From an uncultured Clostridia bacterium (lineage in GTDB: Bacteria; Bacillota; Clostridia; Oscillospirales; Acutalibacteraceae), in NCBI GenBank assembly GCA_947598155.1, contig CANQFC010000005.1, positions 81,115 to 145,114 on the forward strand: a stretch of DNA of 64,000 nt. The letters run 5' to 3'. The notes under the pieces are model-generated. The model worked only from the letters and a program-made list of their open reading frames with translations, made no database searches and was not told the DNA's origin. A program made the translations under genes and the position numbers. Of the stretch, positions 28,017-38,075 are shown piece by piece; the stretch's first letter is position 1; each line of letters begins with the position of its first letter.

Positions 28017-28891
28017 AGGGTATTATTTTGGCCGGCGGAAAAGGAACAAGACTTTTTCCTATGACAAAAATTATTTCAAAACAGCTATTACCTATTTATG
28101 ACAAACCGCTTATATATTATCCGCTGTCCGTTTTGCTTTTAGCGAACATCCGCGATATATTGATTATATCCACTCCGCAGGACATTGGCAATTACCGTAA
28201 TCTTTTGGGCGATGGTTCAAAAATAGGCGTTCAATTTACATATGCAGTTCAGAACGAGCCTCGTGGTTTGGCAGATGCGTTTATATTGGGAGCCGATTTT
28301 ATAGGCGATGACAGTGTTTGTCTTGTTTTAGGAGATAATGTTTTTTACGGTCAATACTTCACTCCGATTATTGAACATGCAAAAAAGCAGGCAGAGACAT
28401 ACGGCGCGGCAATTTTTGGATATCCGGTTAAAAACCCAAAGGATTTTGGAGTAGTCGAATTTGATGAAAATAACCACGTAATATCCATTGAGGAAAAGCC
28501 GCAAAATCCAAAGTCGAATTACGCAGTTCCGGGGCTTTATTTCTACAACAATGATGTCGTAGAAATTGCAAAAAATGTAAAACCCTCTGCCCGCGGTGAA
28601 ATTGAGATAACTGCAATCAATAATGAATACCTAAAACGAAAACAGCTTCAGGTGACATTGATGGGTCGCGGTATGGCATGGTTAGACACCGGCACGCCGG
28701 AGGGAATGCTTAAGGCGGCGGAGTTTGTTGAGGCTGTACAAGACAGGCAGGGATTCTACGTTTCCTGTATCGAGGAAATCGCGTGGCGTAGGGGATTTAT
28801 CACAAGAGAACAGCTTCGGGAAATCGGACAGTCGCTGAAAATGACCGATTACGGACAATATCTTATCGCGTTATCGGAGGAAAAAATATGA
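28013..28891 (+). CDS. rfbA: glucose-1-phosphate thymidylyltransferase
   Basis: [18 protein letters not shown]...[17 protein letters not shown] and LGDNVFYG. Confidence 0.9.
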   Translation: MKGIILAGGKGTRLFPMTKIISKQLLPIYDKPLIYYPLSVLLLANIRDILIISTPQDIGNYRNLLGDGSKIGVQFTYAVQNEPRGLADAFILGADFIGDDSVCLVLGDNVFYGQYFTPIIEHAKKQAETYGAAIFGYPVKNPKDFGVVEFDENNHVISIEEKPQNPKSNYAVPGLYFYNNDVVEIAKNVKPSARGEIEITAINNEYLKRKQLQVTLMGRGMAWLDTGTPEGMLKAAEFVEAVQDRQGFYVSCIEEIAWRRGFITREQLREIGQSLKMTDYGQYLIALSEEKI

Positions 28892-29913
28892 CCATCATCG
28901 TTACCGGCGGAGCGGGATTTATCGGCTCCAACTTCATCTTTCATATGCTGGACAAGCATCCGACATACAGCATCGTATGCCTCGACAAGCTGACCTATGC
29001 CGGCAACCTGTCTACGCTTGCATCAGTTATGGACAAGCCGAACTTTCGCTTTGTCAAGCTCGACATCTGCGACCGCGAGGGCGTGTGCAAACTGTTTGAA
29101 GAAGAACACCCTGACATCGTGGTCAACTTCGCGGCGGAGTCTCACGTTGACCGCAGCATAGAGAATCCCGAGGTCTTTCTCCAGACTAATATCCTCGGCA
29201 CTCAGGTGCTGATGGACGCCTGCCGTAAGTACGGAATCAAGCGCTATCATCAGGTATCTACCGATGAGGTTTACGGTGACCTGCCCCTTGACCGTCCGGA
29301 CCTTTTCTTCACGGAAGAAACGCCTATACATACCAGCAGCCCTTACAGCGCTTCAAAAGCAAGTGCAGACTTGCTTGTTTTGGCATACCACCGCACCTAC
29401 GGCCTGCCTGTGACAATTAGCCGTTGCTCAAACAATTACGGACCCTATCACTTCCCGGAGAAGCTTATCCCGCTGATGATCGCCAACTGCCTGAACGATA
29501 AGCCTCTTCCTGTCTACGGCAAGGGCGAGAATGTGCGCGACTGGTTATATGTTGAGGACCACTGCAAGGCGATTGACCTCATCATTCACAAGGGACGCGT
29601 CGGCGAGGTCTACAACGTCGGCGGACACAACGAGATGCGTAACATCGACATCGTGAAGTTGATCTGCCAAAAGCTCGGCAAGCCGGAAAGTCTAATCACA
29701 TACGTTACCGACCGCAAGGGTCACGATATGCGCTATGCTATTGATCCGACAAAGATCCATACTGAGCTCGGTTGGTTTCCCGAGACTAAGTTTGAAGATG
29801 GGCTCAAGAAGACAATCGATTGGTATCTTGACAACCGCGAGTGGTGGGAAACAATCATAAGCGGAGAGTATCGGAATTATTACGAGAAGATGTATGGGAA
29901 TAGACTTGCATAA
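28888..29913 (+). CDS. rfbB: dTDP-glucose 4,6-dehydratase
   Basis: [21 protein letters not shown] and [12 protein letters not shown] motifs. Confidence 0.9.
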   Translation: MTIIVTGGAGFIGSNFIFHMLDKHPTYSIVCLDKLTYAGNLSTLASVMDKPNFRFVKLDICDREGVCKLFEEEHPDIVVNFAAESHVDRSIENPEVFLQTNILGTQVLMDACRKYGIKRYHQVSTDEVYGDLPLDRPDLFFTEETPIHTSSPYSASKASADLLVLAYHRTYGLPVTISRCSNNYGPYHFPEKLIPLMIANCLNDKPLPVYGKGENVRDWLYVEDHCKAIDLIIHKGRVGEVYNVGGHNEMRNIDIVKLICQKLGKPESLITYVTDRKGHDMRYAIDPTKIHTELGWFPETKFEDGLKKTIDWYLDNREWWETIISGEYRNYYEKMYGNRLA

Positions 29914-29984
29914 GTCTAAAAAACTATTCTTATAAGTATGTTTGGTAAAGCGATAAATTATATGAAGAGTGGTAGTGATGTTTT

Positions 29985-30947
29985 ATGAATTTCTTACTTC
30001 TCAGCGTTGGCACGCGCAACAAAGTAGTGCAGTATTTTAGAAAAGCATTTAATAAAGTCGGAGATGTCATTGCAACCGATGCAAGTCCGCTTGCTCCGGC
30101 ACTTTACGAGGCGGACAGGCACTATGTCGTTCCGCGTATAACCGATGCCGGATATATAGACAAGATTCTTGATATATGTAAAGTAGAAAAAATATCAGGT
30201 GTTCTGTCGCTGATTGACCCTGAACTTTCGCTTTTGGCGGAGAATAAGGAAAAGTTCGCTCAAATCGGCGTGACAGTAATCGGCTCGTCATATGAGCTTT
30301 GCGAAATGAGCCTTGACAAAAGGCTGATGTTTAAATGGCTTAGCGAGCACGGCTATAATTGCGCCAAAACATATACCGACTTAAAAAGCCTTTCTTCGGC
30401 TGTTGCCGAGGGCGAAGTATCTTTTCCCGTTTTTGTTAAACCCGCAAGGGGAAGCGCAAGCATAGCAATTTCCAAAGCGTATGATACGCAAACCGTAGAA
30501 TTGCTTATGAATCACGATAAGGATTTAATAGCGCAGGAATTTTTGAACGGTCAGGAGATAGGCGCCGACGTTTATATTGACCTTATTTCACATGAGGTCG
30601 TTTCAATTTTCACAAAGAAGAAGCTTGTTATGAGAGCGGGCGAAACGGACAAAGCCGTTTCCTTTAAAGATGAAAAGCTTTTTTGCCTGATTGAGAGATT
30701 TGTTAAAGAGGCAGGCTTCACAGGGCAGATAGATATAGATATTTTTGAGATTGACGGAGAGTATTACATATCTGAGGTCAATCCCCGTTTCGGCGGCGGC
30801 TACCCTCACGCATATGAATGCGGTTGCGACCATATGAATCTGATTTTGAATAATCTGCAAGGTATTGCTAATGAAAAAAATATCGGAGCATACAGCGAAG
30901 GTATATGTATGATGAAGTATAATGAGGTAATGATCTCGGAAAAATAA
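29985..30947 (+). CDS. ATP-grasp family ligase
   Basis: FPVFVKPARGSASI, IAQEFLNGQEIGADV and YISEVNPRFGGGYP motifs. Confidence 0.75.
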   Translation: MNFLLLSVGTRNKVVQYFRKAFNKVGDVIATDASPLAPALYEADRHYVVPRITDAGYIDKILDICKVEKISGVLSLIDPELSLLAENKEKFAQIGVTVIGSSYELCEMSLDKRLMFKWLSEHGYNCAKTYTDLKSLSSAVAEGEVSFPVFVKPARGSASIAISKAYDTQTVELLMNHDKDLIAQEFLNGQEIGADVYIDLISHEVVSIFTKKKLVMRAGETDKAVSFKDEKLFCLIERFVKEAGFTGQIDIDIFEIDGEYYISEVNPRFGGGYPHAYECGCDHMNLILNNLQGIANEKNIGAYSEGICMMKYNEVMISEK

Positions 30948-31011
30948 AATAAATAAGCAGATGAATAATACGTAAATTATTAAAAGTATTTAAGCGGAGT
31001 GAGCAAAAAAG

Positions 31012-32115
31012 ATGCGGATATTATACATAACTACATTCGGAGGAACAATGGATTTCTTCAAATCATTTATAAAAGAACTGATTGAAGAAGGCAATACCGT
31101 TGATATTGCCACCAATATCTCAGAAAGCGATGTTCCCGCTTGTTACCGCGAATGGGGATGCAAGGTCTATCCGCTGTCCTGCACGCGTTCACCCTTTGAC
31201 AAAGGGAATATTAGTGCAATAAAGGAAATTCGCCGTATCGTGATACAGGGTAATTACGATATAGTCCATTGCCACACGCCTATTGCGGCGTTTTGCACAA
31301 GATTGGCTTGCATTTCGCTTAGGAAAAAGGGCGTAAAGGTTATCTATACAGCCCACGGCTTCCATTTTTACAAGGGCGCGCCGCTGAAAAATTGGCTTAT
31401 TTTCTATCCGGCGGAGTGGTTATGCGCTTTTTGGACCGACGTGCTTATTACAATAAATAAGGAAGATTATGCGCTTGCCCAAAAGCATATGCACGCAAAA
31501 AAGGTTGAGTATGTTCCTGGCGTCGGAATTGATTTGCAAAAGTTTTCCTCTAAGCCTTATACCGCCGAAAGAGTAAAAGATATACGTTCTCAGCTCGGCT
31601 TGACCGATGAAAATAAATTGATTTTGTCCCTCGGCGAATTGAATGAAAACAAAAACTTCGAGGCGGTTATTCGCGCTTTAAAGGAGCTTGACGATAAGTC
31701 AATTCACTATGCCGTTGCAGGCGAGGGCAAATTGCACGATTATTTTCTTAATTTGGCAAAGGAACTCGGCGTTTTTGAGCAGCTGCATTTGCTCGGCTTC
31801 AGGAACGACGCTCCTGATTTATATAAGGCGGCGAATTTGTATATCAATTCTTCTCTGCGTGAGGGCTTGCCGGTTTCCGTTATGGAGGCGCTTGCATCCG
31901 GCACGCCGGTAATCGGTTCAAATATTCGGGGTAACGCCGATTTGGTAAGCGCCCAAAATCTGTTTAATCCCTTGGATATTAAAGATATTGCGGATAAAAT
32001 ACGCGGCTGTTTATTCGGTGAAATCTTGCAGGGGGCTTCGCAAAACGAGGATATTTGCAAATTCGGCTCGCAAAATGTTTCAAAGCGTATAAAAGAAATT
32101 TATAAACAATGTTGA
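31012..32115 (+). CDS. family 4 glycosyltransferase
   Basis: GT-B C-terminal pattern NSSLREGLPVSVMEALASGTPVIGS. Confidence 0.75.
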   Translation: MRILYITTFGGTMDFFKSFIKELIEEGNTVDIATNISESDVPACYREWGCKVYPLSCTRSPFDKGNISAIKEIRRIVIQGNYDIVHCHTPIAAFCTRLACISLRKKGVKVIYTAHGFHFYKGAPLKNWLIFYPAEWLCAFWTDVLITINKEDYALAQKHMHAKKVEYVPGVGIDLQKFSSKPYTAERVKDIRSQLGLTDENKLILSLGELNENKNFEAVIRALKELDDKSIHYAVAGEGKLHDYFLNLAKELGVFEQLHLLGFRNDAPDLYKAANLYINSSLREGLPVSVMEALASGTPVIGSNIRGNADLVSAQNLFNPLDIKDIADKIRGCLFGEILQGASQNEDICKFGSQNVSKRIKEIYKQC

Positions 32116-32125
32116 GGTGTTTGGT

Positions 32126-32701
32126 ATGAATAAGGAAAACAAAAAGGTTTCTTACTATTATAAAAGTGATTTTTTCAGAATGACGGGAAGAGATACAAGC
32201 AATATTGCCTTCTTTTTATTCCATTATTTCGGCGAGTTTCGTTTGAGATACGTCTTTTATTTAAGATGGCTTCAGACTCATTCAAAAAGACATATACTGT
32301 ATCCCCTGTTTTATACCTCAAAGTTATTATTGGGAAGAAAGCACGGCTTGGAAATTTCTCATAATACGACGATCGGTCCCGGATTGTATCTGGGCCACCC
32401 CTACAATATTACCGTGGGGGGGGGTACTGTATTAGGCAAGAATATAAACTTACATAAGGGCGCGACAATAGGCGCAGAGAACAGGGGAAAAAGAAAGGGT
32501 ATTCCCACACTCGGCGACAATATTTCCGTCGGTATCAACTCAACAATAGTCGGGAATATTACTGTCGGCAGCGATGTTATGATAGCTTCCAACAGCTTTA
32601 TTAATCAGGATATACCGGAACATTCCGTTGTATTCGGAAATCCTGCGGTTGTAAAAAGTCGGCAAAACGCAACCGAGTCGTATGTTATTAACAGGGTTTA
32701 A
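32126..32701 (+). CDS. hexapeptide-repeat (LbH) O-acetyltransferase, serine-acetyltransferase-like; contains a G9 tract
   Basis: Repeated [LIV]G motifs: ITVGGGTVLGKNINLHKGATIG...VGINSTIVGNITVGSDVMIASNS. Confidence 0.75.
   Translation: MNKENKKVSYYYKSDFFRMTGRDTSNIAFFLFHYFGEFRLRYVFYLRWLQTHSKRHILYPLFYTSKLLLGRKHGLEISHNTTIGPGLYLGHPYNITVGGGTVLGKNINLHKGATIGAENRGKRKGIPTLGDNISVGINSTIVGNITVGSDVMIASNSFINQDIPEHSVVFGNPAVVKSRQNATESYVINRV
32416..32424. repeat. G9 homopolymer tract inside the acetyltransferase CDS
   Basis: Counted directly; encodes the GGG of ITVGGGTV. Confidence 0.95.
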
Positions 32702-32761
32702 TCGGGAATACGGCTTTTTCGTTTCTGTTTTCGTAAAATACGAACTAAAAGGTGTCAATAT

Positions 32762-33811
32762 ATGAAAATATTGCATGTGCTTAATTCAACCTCATATTCG
32801 GGGGCTGAAAACGTCGTTTGCCAAATAATTGATATGTTTGGGAACGATAAAGATACGCAGATGGTATATTGCAGTCCCGACGGACCGGTAAAAAGCTCCC
32901 TTGAAGACCGCCATGTTAATTTTTCTCCCGTAAAAAAATTAGTTCCGTCGGAGCTTAAAAAGGTTATTAAAAAAGTGAAGCCGGATTTAATACATGCACA
33001 TGATTTCAGGGCGAGCATAATAGCCTTGCTCTCAGCGGGGAATATCCCCGTCATATCTCATCTTCACGCTAATTATCCGTGGCTTAAAAAGAGAGGCATT
33101 AAAACCGTATTCTATGCCGGTACCTGCAACAGATACAAAAGGATTTTAACCGTTTCCCCAAGCGTTTTTGACGAGTTTGTTTACGGCGACAGGTTTAAGG
33201 ATAAGCTTACCGTTGTAGGAAATCCTATAAATGTCGGCGCCATACGCTCAAACGTAAGCTCTCAAAGCGTAGAAAAGGTTTATGATTTGGGCTTTTGCGG
33301 CAGGTTGGCGGCTCCGAAAAATCCGGAGGCGTTTGTCAATATCGCCGCAAGCCTTAAAGACAGTTATCCGAACTTATCCGCAGTGATGGTCGGTGACGGC
33401 GTTCTTAAAAACGAGGTCTTGTCCCTTATCAGTGAAAAAGGTCTCGGGAAAAACATCAAATTGATGGGCTTTCAAAAAAACCCTTATCCTATATTGCAGT
33501 CCTGCAAGGTGATGTGTATGCCGTCAAGGTGGGAAGGCTTTGGCCTTGCGGCTGTTGAGGCCCTTGCGCTGGGAACGCCTGTCGTTTGCAGTAATGTAGG
33601 CGGGCTGCCCGGAATAGTTAACGATGAGTGCGGCAAGGTTTGCGCTTCACAGGAGGAAATGACTCTGGAGTGCTTAAATTTACTTTCGGAAAAAAGCCGC
33701 CTTGAATATAAGTCCGAAAAAGCGGCGCAGAGGGCGTCGGAATTGGACAATATTGCTGAATATAAAAATATGCTGTCCGCCGTTTATACGGACGCTTTGA
33801 ATATCAAATAA
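32762..33811 (+). CDS. family 4 glycosyltransferase
   Basis: MKILHVLNSTSYSGAENV and PSRWEGFGLAAVEALALGTPVV. Confidence 0.75.
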   Translation: MKILHVLNSTSYSGAENVVCQIIDMFGNDKDTQMVYCSPDGPVKSSLEDRHVNFSPVKKLVPSELKKVIKKVKPDLIHAHDFRASIIALLSAGNIPVISHLHANYPWLKKRGIKTVFYAGTCNRYKRILTVSPSVFDEFVYGDRFKDKLTVVGNPINVGAIRSNVSSQSVEKVYDLGFCGRLAAPKNPEAFVNIAASLKDSYPNLSAVMVGDGVLKNEVLSLISEKGLGKNIKLMGFQKNPYPILQSCKVMCMPSRWEGFGLAAVEALALGTPVVCSNVGGLPGIVNDECGKVCASQEEMTLECLNLLSEKSRLEYKSEKAAQRASELDNIAEYKNMLSAVYTDALNIK

Positions 33812-33823
33812 GGAGAATGGCAA

Positions 33824-34701
33824 ATGCAGCCTGAATTAACCGTTCTTACGCCGGCCTATAATCGGGCCGAGCTTCTGCCCAAATGCTACGAAAGCCTACG
33901 GGCGCAGACCTGCTTTGATTTTGAATGGCTTATTGTTGACGACGGTTCAACAGATAATACCGAGGAAATTGTCAATAGCTGGGTGTCCGACAAAAGCGTC
34001 GGTTTTGAAACGGTATATGTCAAAAAGCCGAACGGCGGCAAGCATACCGCAATAAATTATTCTTCAAAATATATCAGGGGTTCGGTTGTTTTGATTTTGG
34101 ACAGCGACGATTACCTTACAAGCGACGCCGTGGAGACGGTGTTGAGTTATTGGAAAGATTATTCGAGCGACGGCAAAATTTGCGGTCTTAGCTTTTTGAA
34201 GGGTTATGACGAGCAAACCTCCACCGCAAAATTCGGCAGCGAAATACAGCGTTCAAATCATGTTGATTTCAGGGTGAACAAAAAAATCAACGGCGACTGC
34301 TGCGAAATAATCAGAACAGATGTTTTGAAGGAGTTTCCTTTCCCCGAGTTTAAGGGCGAAAAATTTTTGGGTGAGAATTATCTTTGGGTAAATGCCGGTT
34401 TAAAATACGATACTGTATATATAAATAAAATTATTTACATTGGCGAGTATTTGGAGGGCGGCTTGTCAAAGCGGGGCAGGGCTTTGCGAATGAAAAGCCC
34501 CATGGCGGTATGGCAAGCTCAAAGGTTGAATTAAATAAACGCATATGCCTAAGCCGCCGAATAAAAAGCGCCGCGCTTTATTCCTGCTACGGCTTTGCCG
34601 CCGGGATGTCCGTAAAGGATATAGTAAAAACAAGCGGGCATCCGTTAATTGTATCGCTACTTTTGCCGCTTGGCAGATTTTTGCGTTCTTACTGGGGTTG
34701 A
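33824..34701 (+). pseudogene. family 2 glycosyltransferase interrupted by a frameshift near 34498..34510
   Basis: The N-terminal 236 aa resemble 16820..17719 (LTVLTPAYNRAELLPKCYESL...DDGSTDNT). The C-terminal continuation ...HGGMASSKVELNKRI...RRIKSAALY is in another frame, and the shift lies at or just after a C4 run. Confidence 0.6.
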
Positions 34702-34732
34702 TAACCCAATTTTTGAGAGGATTTTTTAGATT

Positions 34733-35893
34733 ATGAGTGGAGCGATTATAATATCGTCATATTTTACCTTTTCCCTTGCGGCCGTTTTGATTTCAAAAAG
34801 GAAGTACAGGCTTAGGGACACTAAGATTTTATTTTCAAAAAGGTCGAAAATGCCTTATTTTTACGTTGTTTTCTCATCGCTGATGTTTACATTTGTCGAT
34901 TTTTTATGCACATACGGCAAAGAGATAAGAGATTTCGGAGGCGACAGAAAAAATTATTACAGTATGTTTTCCGGAAATCTTTTGGGTACTCAGACATACG
35001 GTCTTGCAAGAATTTTTGACTTTGTAAAATTATATTCCGACGACATAAGAAGCGCTTTTTATTTAACAAGCTTTTTATGCTTCTTCATCTTGTTTCTGTC
35101 TTACAGAATTTCGGATGACTCTACACCTTCCGCTCTTGCGTTTGTTCTTCTTACTGATGTTGTATTTGTTTTCTTTGTTGCTTTAAAGCAGGCTTACGCT
35201 GTCGCTTTAGGGTATTTAATGTTTTCCATTGCTTTAAAAAAGAACACGGTATGGAATACCGTTTTGTGTCTGCTTTTATCGCTGCTTGCGTGCCTGTTCC
35301 ATCCCTCCGCCATAATTTTGGTTTTGTCTTTACTGATTATTAAATTGCTGCCCCAAGGCAAACAGAGGATAAAGCGGGCCTTTCTTATATTATTGTTGGC
35401 GGTATTGATTGTTCTGTTTGTATTCGGTGATAACGCTGTAATTTTATTGGCGAATTTTGTCGGCAGATTTTCACCGAAATATTCTTCCACTATTATAAGC
35501 TATCTCGGAGAGCAAAATGGTACTAACGATAGCGTGTCTTTTGCATTTATAAAAGGTTTTCCGTTTTACTACTTGGCTTTACTAGGCTTTATAAAAAGAA
35601 AATATTTAAAGCTAAAAATAAAAAATTACGATGCGTACTGGATTTTGACAATAATTTGCTCCTTATCTTATATTACATCGCTTCATTCGTATTGGCTGGC
35701 TCGTTTGGCGCCGTATTTTTATTTTCATTCCGGTATTTTCTTCGGATTGATTTTAAAAAATTCAACCGGTTGGCATTTTGATATTAACAACAAAAAAATC
35801 AGCGTAAATTCATTGATAGTTTATTCAAGTGAATTTGTTTTACTTCTTCGTTATTTCCTACTTACTTTCTATATAAATTACAGTGGATTTTAA
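34733..35893 (+). CDS. EpsG-like polytopic membrane protein (candidate repeat-unit polymerase)
   Basis: About 10 or more hydrophobic segments and no soluble domain, positioned among the GTs. Confidence 0.55.
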   Translation: MSGAIIISSYFTFSLAAVLISKRKYRLRDTKILFSKRSKMPYFYVVFSSLMFTFVDFLCTYGKEIRDFGGDRKNYYSMFSGNLLGTQTYGLARIFDFVKLYSDDIRSAFYLTSFLCFFILFLSYRISDDSTPSALAFVLLTDVVFVFFVALKQAYAVALGYLMFSIALKKNTVWNTVLCLLLSLLACLFHPSAIILVLSLLIIKLLPQGKQRIKRAFLILLLAVLIVLFVFGDNAVILLANFVGRFSPKYSSTIISYLGEQNGTNDSVSFAFIKGFPFYYLALLGFIKRKYLKLKIKNYDAYWILTIICSLSYITSLHSYWLARLAPYFYFHSGIFFGLILKNSTGWHFDINNKKISVNSLIVYSSEFVLLLRYFLLTFYINYSGF

Positions 35894-35913
35894 TTGTAAA
35901 TCAGGTTTTGATT

Positions 35914-36996
35914 ATGAACGTATTACTTATATGCAAAACTCCGTACAATATTATGACCGCACTGCAAATTGCGCTTACAAAGCACAAAGGGGACAATTTG
36001 GATATAGTATTGTTTAACACTATGTCTAATGTTGAAAAAATTGAAAAAAACATAGAGCAATGCGGCTTGTTCGGCTCTGTTCGCATATGCCGTATGCGAA
36101 AAGTTGAAAAGCCCGGCAAAAATATTCTGCGCAGGATGTTTTCCAAAATGTGCATATTCGGCGTAGGCGTTGAGGAACGCCTTTTCCGCCCGTGTGAAAA
36201 GGTATATGATTTTATATATGACACCCCGGGCGGTTGGGTAGATAAGCAGATAATACTTAAAAATAAAATAAGAGCTGAAAAAGAGGGCAAAAAAACGACC
36301 GAGTTTTTGTATGAGGACGGAATAGCCACATACAGTAAGGGTGAAAAAAACAACGAAAAGGCCGCGGCGGACGGGGAAAAGAAAAGCATTAAGATTTACC
36401 CGGGCTTTTCGGGAATGTACGTCTTTTCGCCCGAAATTATCGAGTATAAATATCCTTTTCCCATATTTCCCATTGAAAAGCTCAGCAGGGATAACAAAAA
36501 ATATATGGACGCAGTTAACGCCATATTTCAATATGAAAAAATTGAAGACGCATACGACAAGAAATATATATTTTTTGAAGAGAGCTATTTTGCCGACGGG
36601 ATGGACATTAACGACGTTGACATTATAAAAGATATTTCCGAAATCGTAAAGCCCGAAAATATATTTGTTAAAATTCATCCGAGAAACAGGGAAAACAGAT
36701 TTTCAAAAATGGGTATAAAAACAAATGTCAATACGGAAATTCCCTGGGAGGCAATAGCCTTAAACGAGAAAATTTCGCAAAAAATTCTCATTGCCGTTTC
36801 TTCAGGCTCCGTACTCAATATTTTACTTGTTACAAAGACGATACCCGAAAAAATTATTTTGCTTACAAATTATGAAAAGGTGAACAAGGACGCACTTTTA
36901 CCGATATGCAGTTGGATTTTAAAGGTAGCAAAACGCTACAGCGATATTATCGAAATACCCGTCACTTATGAAGAGCTTAAAAACAGCCTGTTATAA
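35914..36996 (+). CDS. hypothetical protein, possibly a GT52-like (CMP-sugar dependent) glycosyltransferase
   Basis: The N-terminus NVLLICKTPYNIMTALQIAL resembles the start of GT52-type enzymes. Weak, from memory only. Confidence 0.35.
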   Translation: MNVLLICKTPYNIMTALQIALTKHKGDNLDIVLFNTMSNVEKIEKNIEQCGLFGSVRICRMRKVEKPGKNILRRMFSKMCIFGVGVEERLFRPCEKVYDFIYDTPGGWVDKQIILKNKIRAEKEGKKTTEFLYEDGIATYSKGEKNNEKAAADGEKKSIKIYPGFSGMYVFSPEIIEYKYPFPIFPIEKLSRDNKKYMDAVNAIFQYEKIEDAYDKKYIFFEESYFADGMDINDVDIIKDISEIVKPENIFVKIHPRNRENRFSKMGIKTNVNTEIPWEAIALNEKISQKILIAVSSGSVLNILLVTKTIPEKIILLTNYEKVNKDALLPICSWILKVAKRYSDIIEIPVTYEELKNSLL

Positions 36997-37129
36997 CATT
37001 TTGCAATATTAGCCTATGGCGCAATAAGAAATAGTATTTATCAATCCTGTTGGTCTTAAAGAAATATTAAATATGAGTATGATAATACAGTCAATACCAT
37101 CAAATAAAGCAGAATAAATAGGAGGGCTT

Positions 37130-38053
37130 ATGAATTATCTCATCACAGGCGCTGCCGGTTTTATAGGTTCGGCAATAGCAAGGCAAATTTTGGAACGGGA
37201 GGGGGCAAACACTTGTGTAACTATTGATAACCTCAGTACCGGACTCAGAGAAAACATTCCTGACGGTTGCCGTTTCATTTATGGCAATACATATGATAAA
37301 AACGTCCTGAAACAACTTGACGATGAACATTTTGATGCGATTATACATATCGCCGGGCAGAGTTCAGGCGAAATCAGCTTTGACGATCCTGTATATGACT
37401 TACAAACTAATACACAGTCAACGATTATGCTTTTGAAATATGCCCTGCGGACAAGATGCAAAAAATTTATTTACGCGAGCTCAATGTCTGTATATGGCGA
37501 TCATAATCCGCCAATAGTGGATGAAAATACTGAGACCGTTCCAAAAAGCTTTTATGCCGTTGGAAAACTTGCCAGTGAGAATTATATGCGTATTTATTCC
37601 GAATATGGGATAGCGTGTACGGCGCTTAGGTTTTTCAATGTCTACGGTATAGGGCAGAATATGGCCAATCTGCGTCAAGGAATGGCAAGCATCTTTTTAG
37701 CTCAGGCAATCAAGGACAGGCATATTCTTGTAAAGGGGAGCAAGGATAGGTTCAGAGATTTTGTATATATAGACGATGTTGTAAATGCGGTTATAAAGGC
37801 GTTGGATAGGGATTCCGGTTTTGAAGTGTACAATGTTTGCACAGGAGTACCACAAACAGTAGAAAAGGTTATAGAAACTATTCAGTCAAATCTTAAGTAT
37901 CCAGTTACAGTAGAATATACAAAAGGAACTCCGGGAGATCAGTTTGGCATTTACGGCAATAACAGCAAAATACACTCTCAGTTAGGGTGGAACCCTAAAG
38001 TTGGTTTTGATGATGGCATAAAAAAAATGATTGACTGGGCTCTTAACAACTAA
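37130..38053 (+). CDS. NAD-dependent nucleotide-sugar epimerase/dehydratase (SDR)
   Basis: ITGAAGFIGSAI and YAVGK (YxxxK) motifs. Confidence 0.75.
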   Translation: MNYLITGAAGFIGSAIARQILEREGANTCVTIDNLSTGLRENIPDGCRFIYGNTYDKNVLKQLDDEHFDAIIHIAGQSSGEISFDDPVYDLQTNTQSTIMLLKYALRTRCKKFIYASSMSVYGDHNPPIVDENTETVPKSFYAVGKLASENYMRIYSEYGIACTALRFFNVYGIGQNMANLRQGMASIFLAQAIKDRHILVKGSKDRFRDFVYIDDVVNAVIKALDRDSGFEVYNVCTGVPQTVEKVIETIQSNLKYPVTVEYTKGTPGDQFGIYGNNSKIHSQLGWNPKVGFDDGIKKMIDWALNN

Positions 38054-38075
38054 AAATATTTAGGAGAATATAAAA

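Noticed and set aside
35923-36678. 251-aa minus-strand ORF (and 162-aa ORF 35901..36389)
   Set aside because: Both are antisense to the plus-strand ORF 35914..36996, which fits the co-directional operon. They are Phe/Lys/Asn-rich shadow ORFs.
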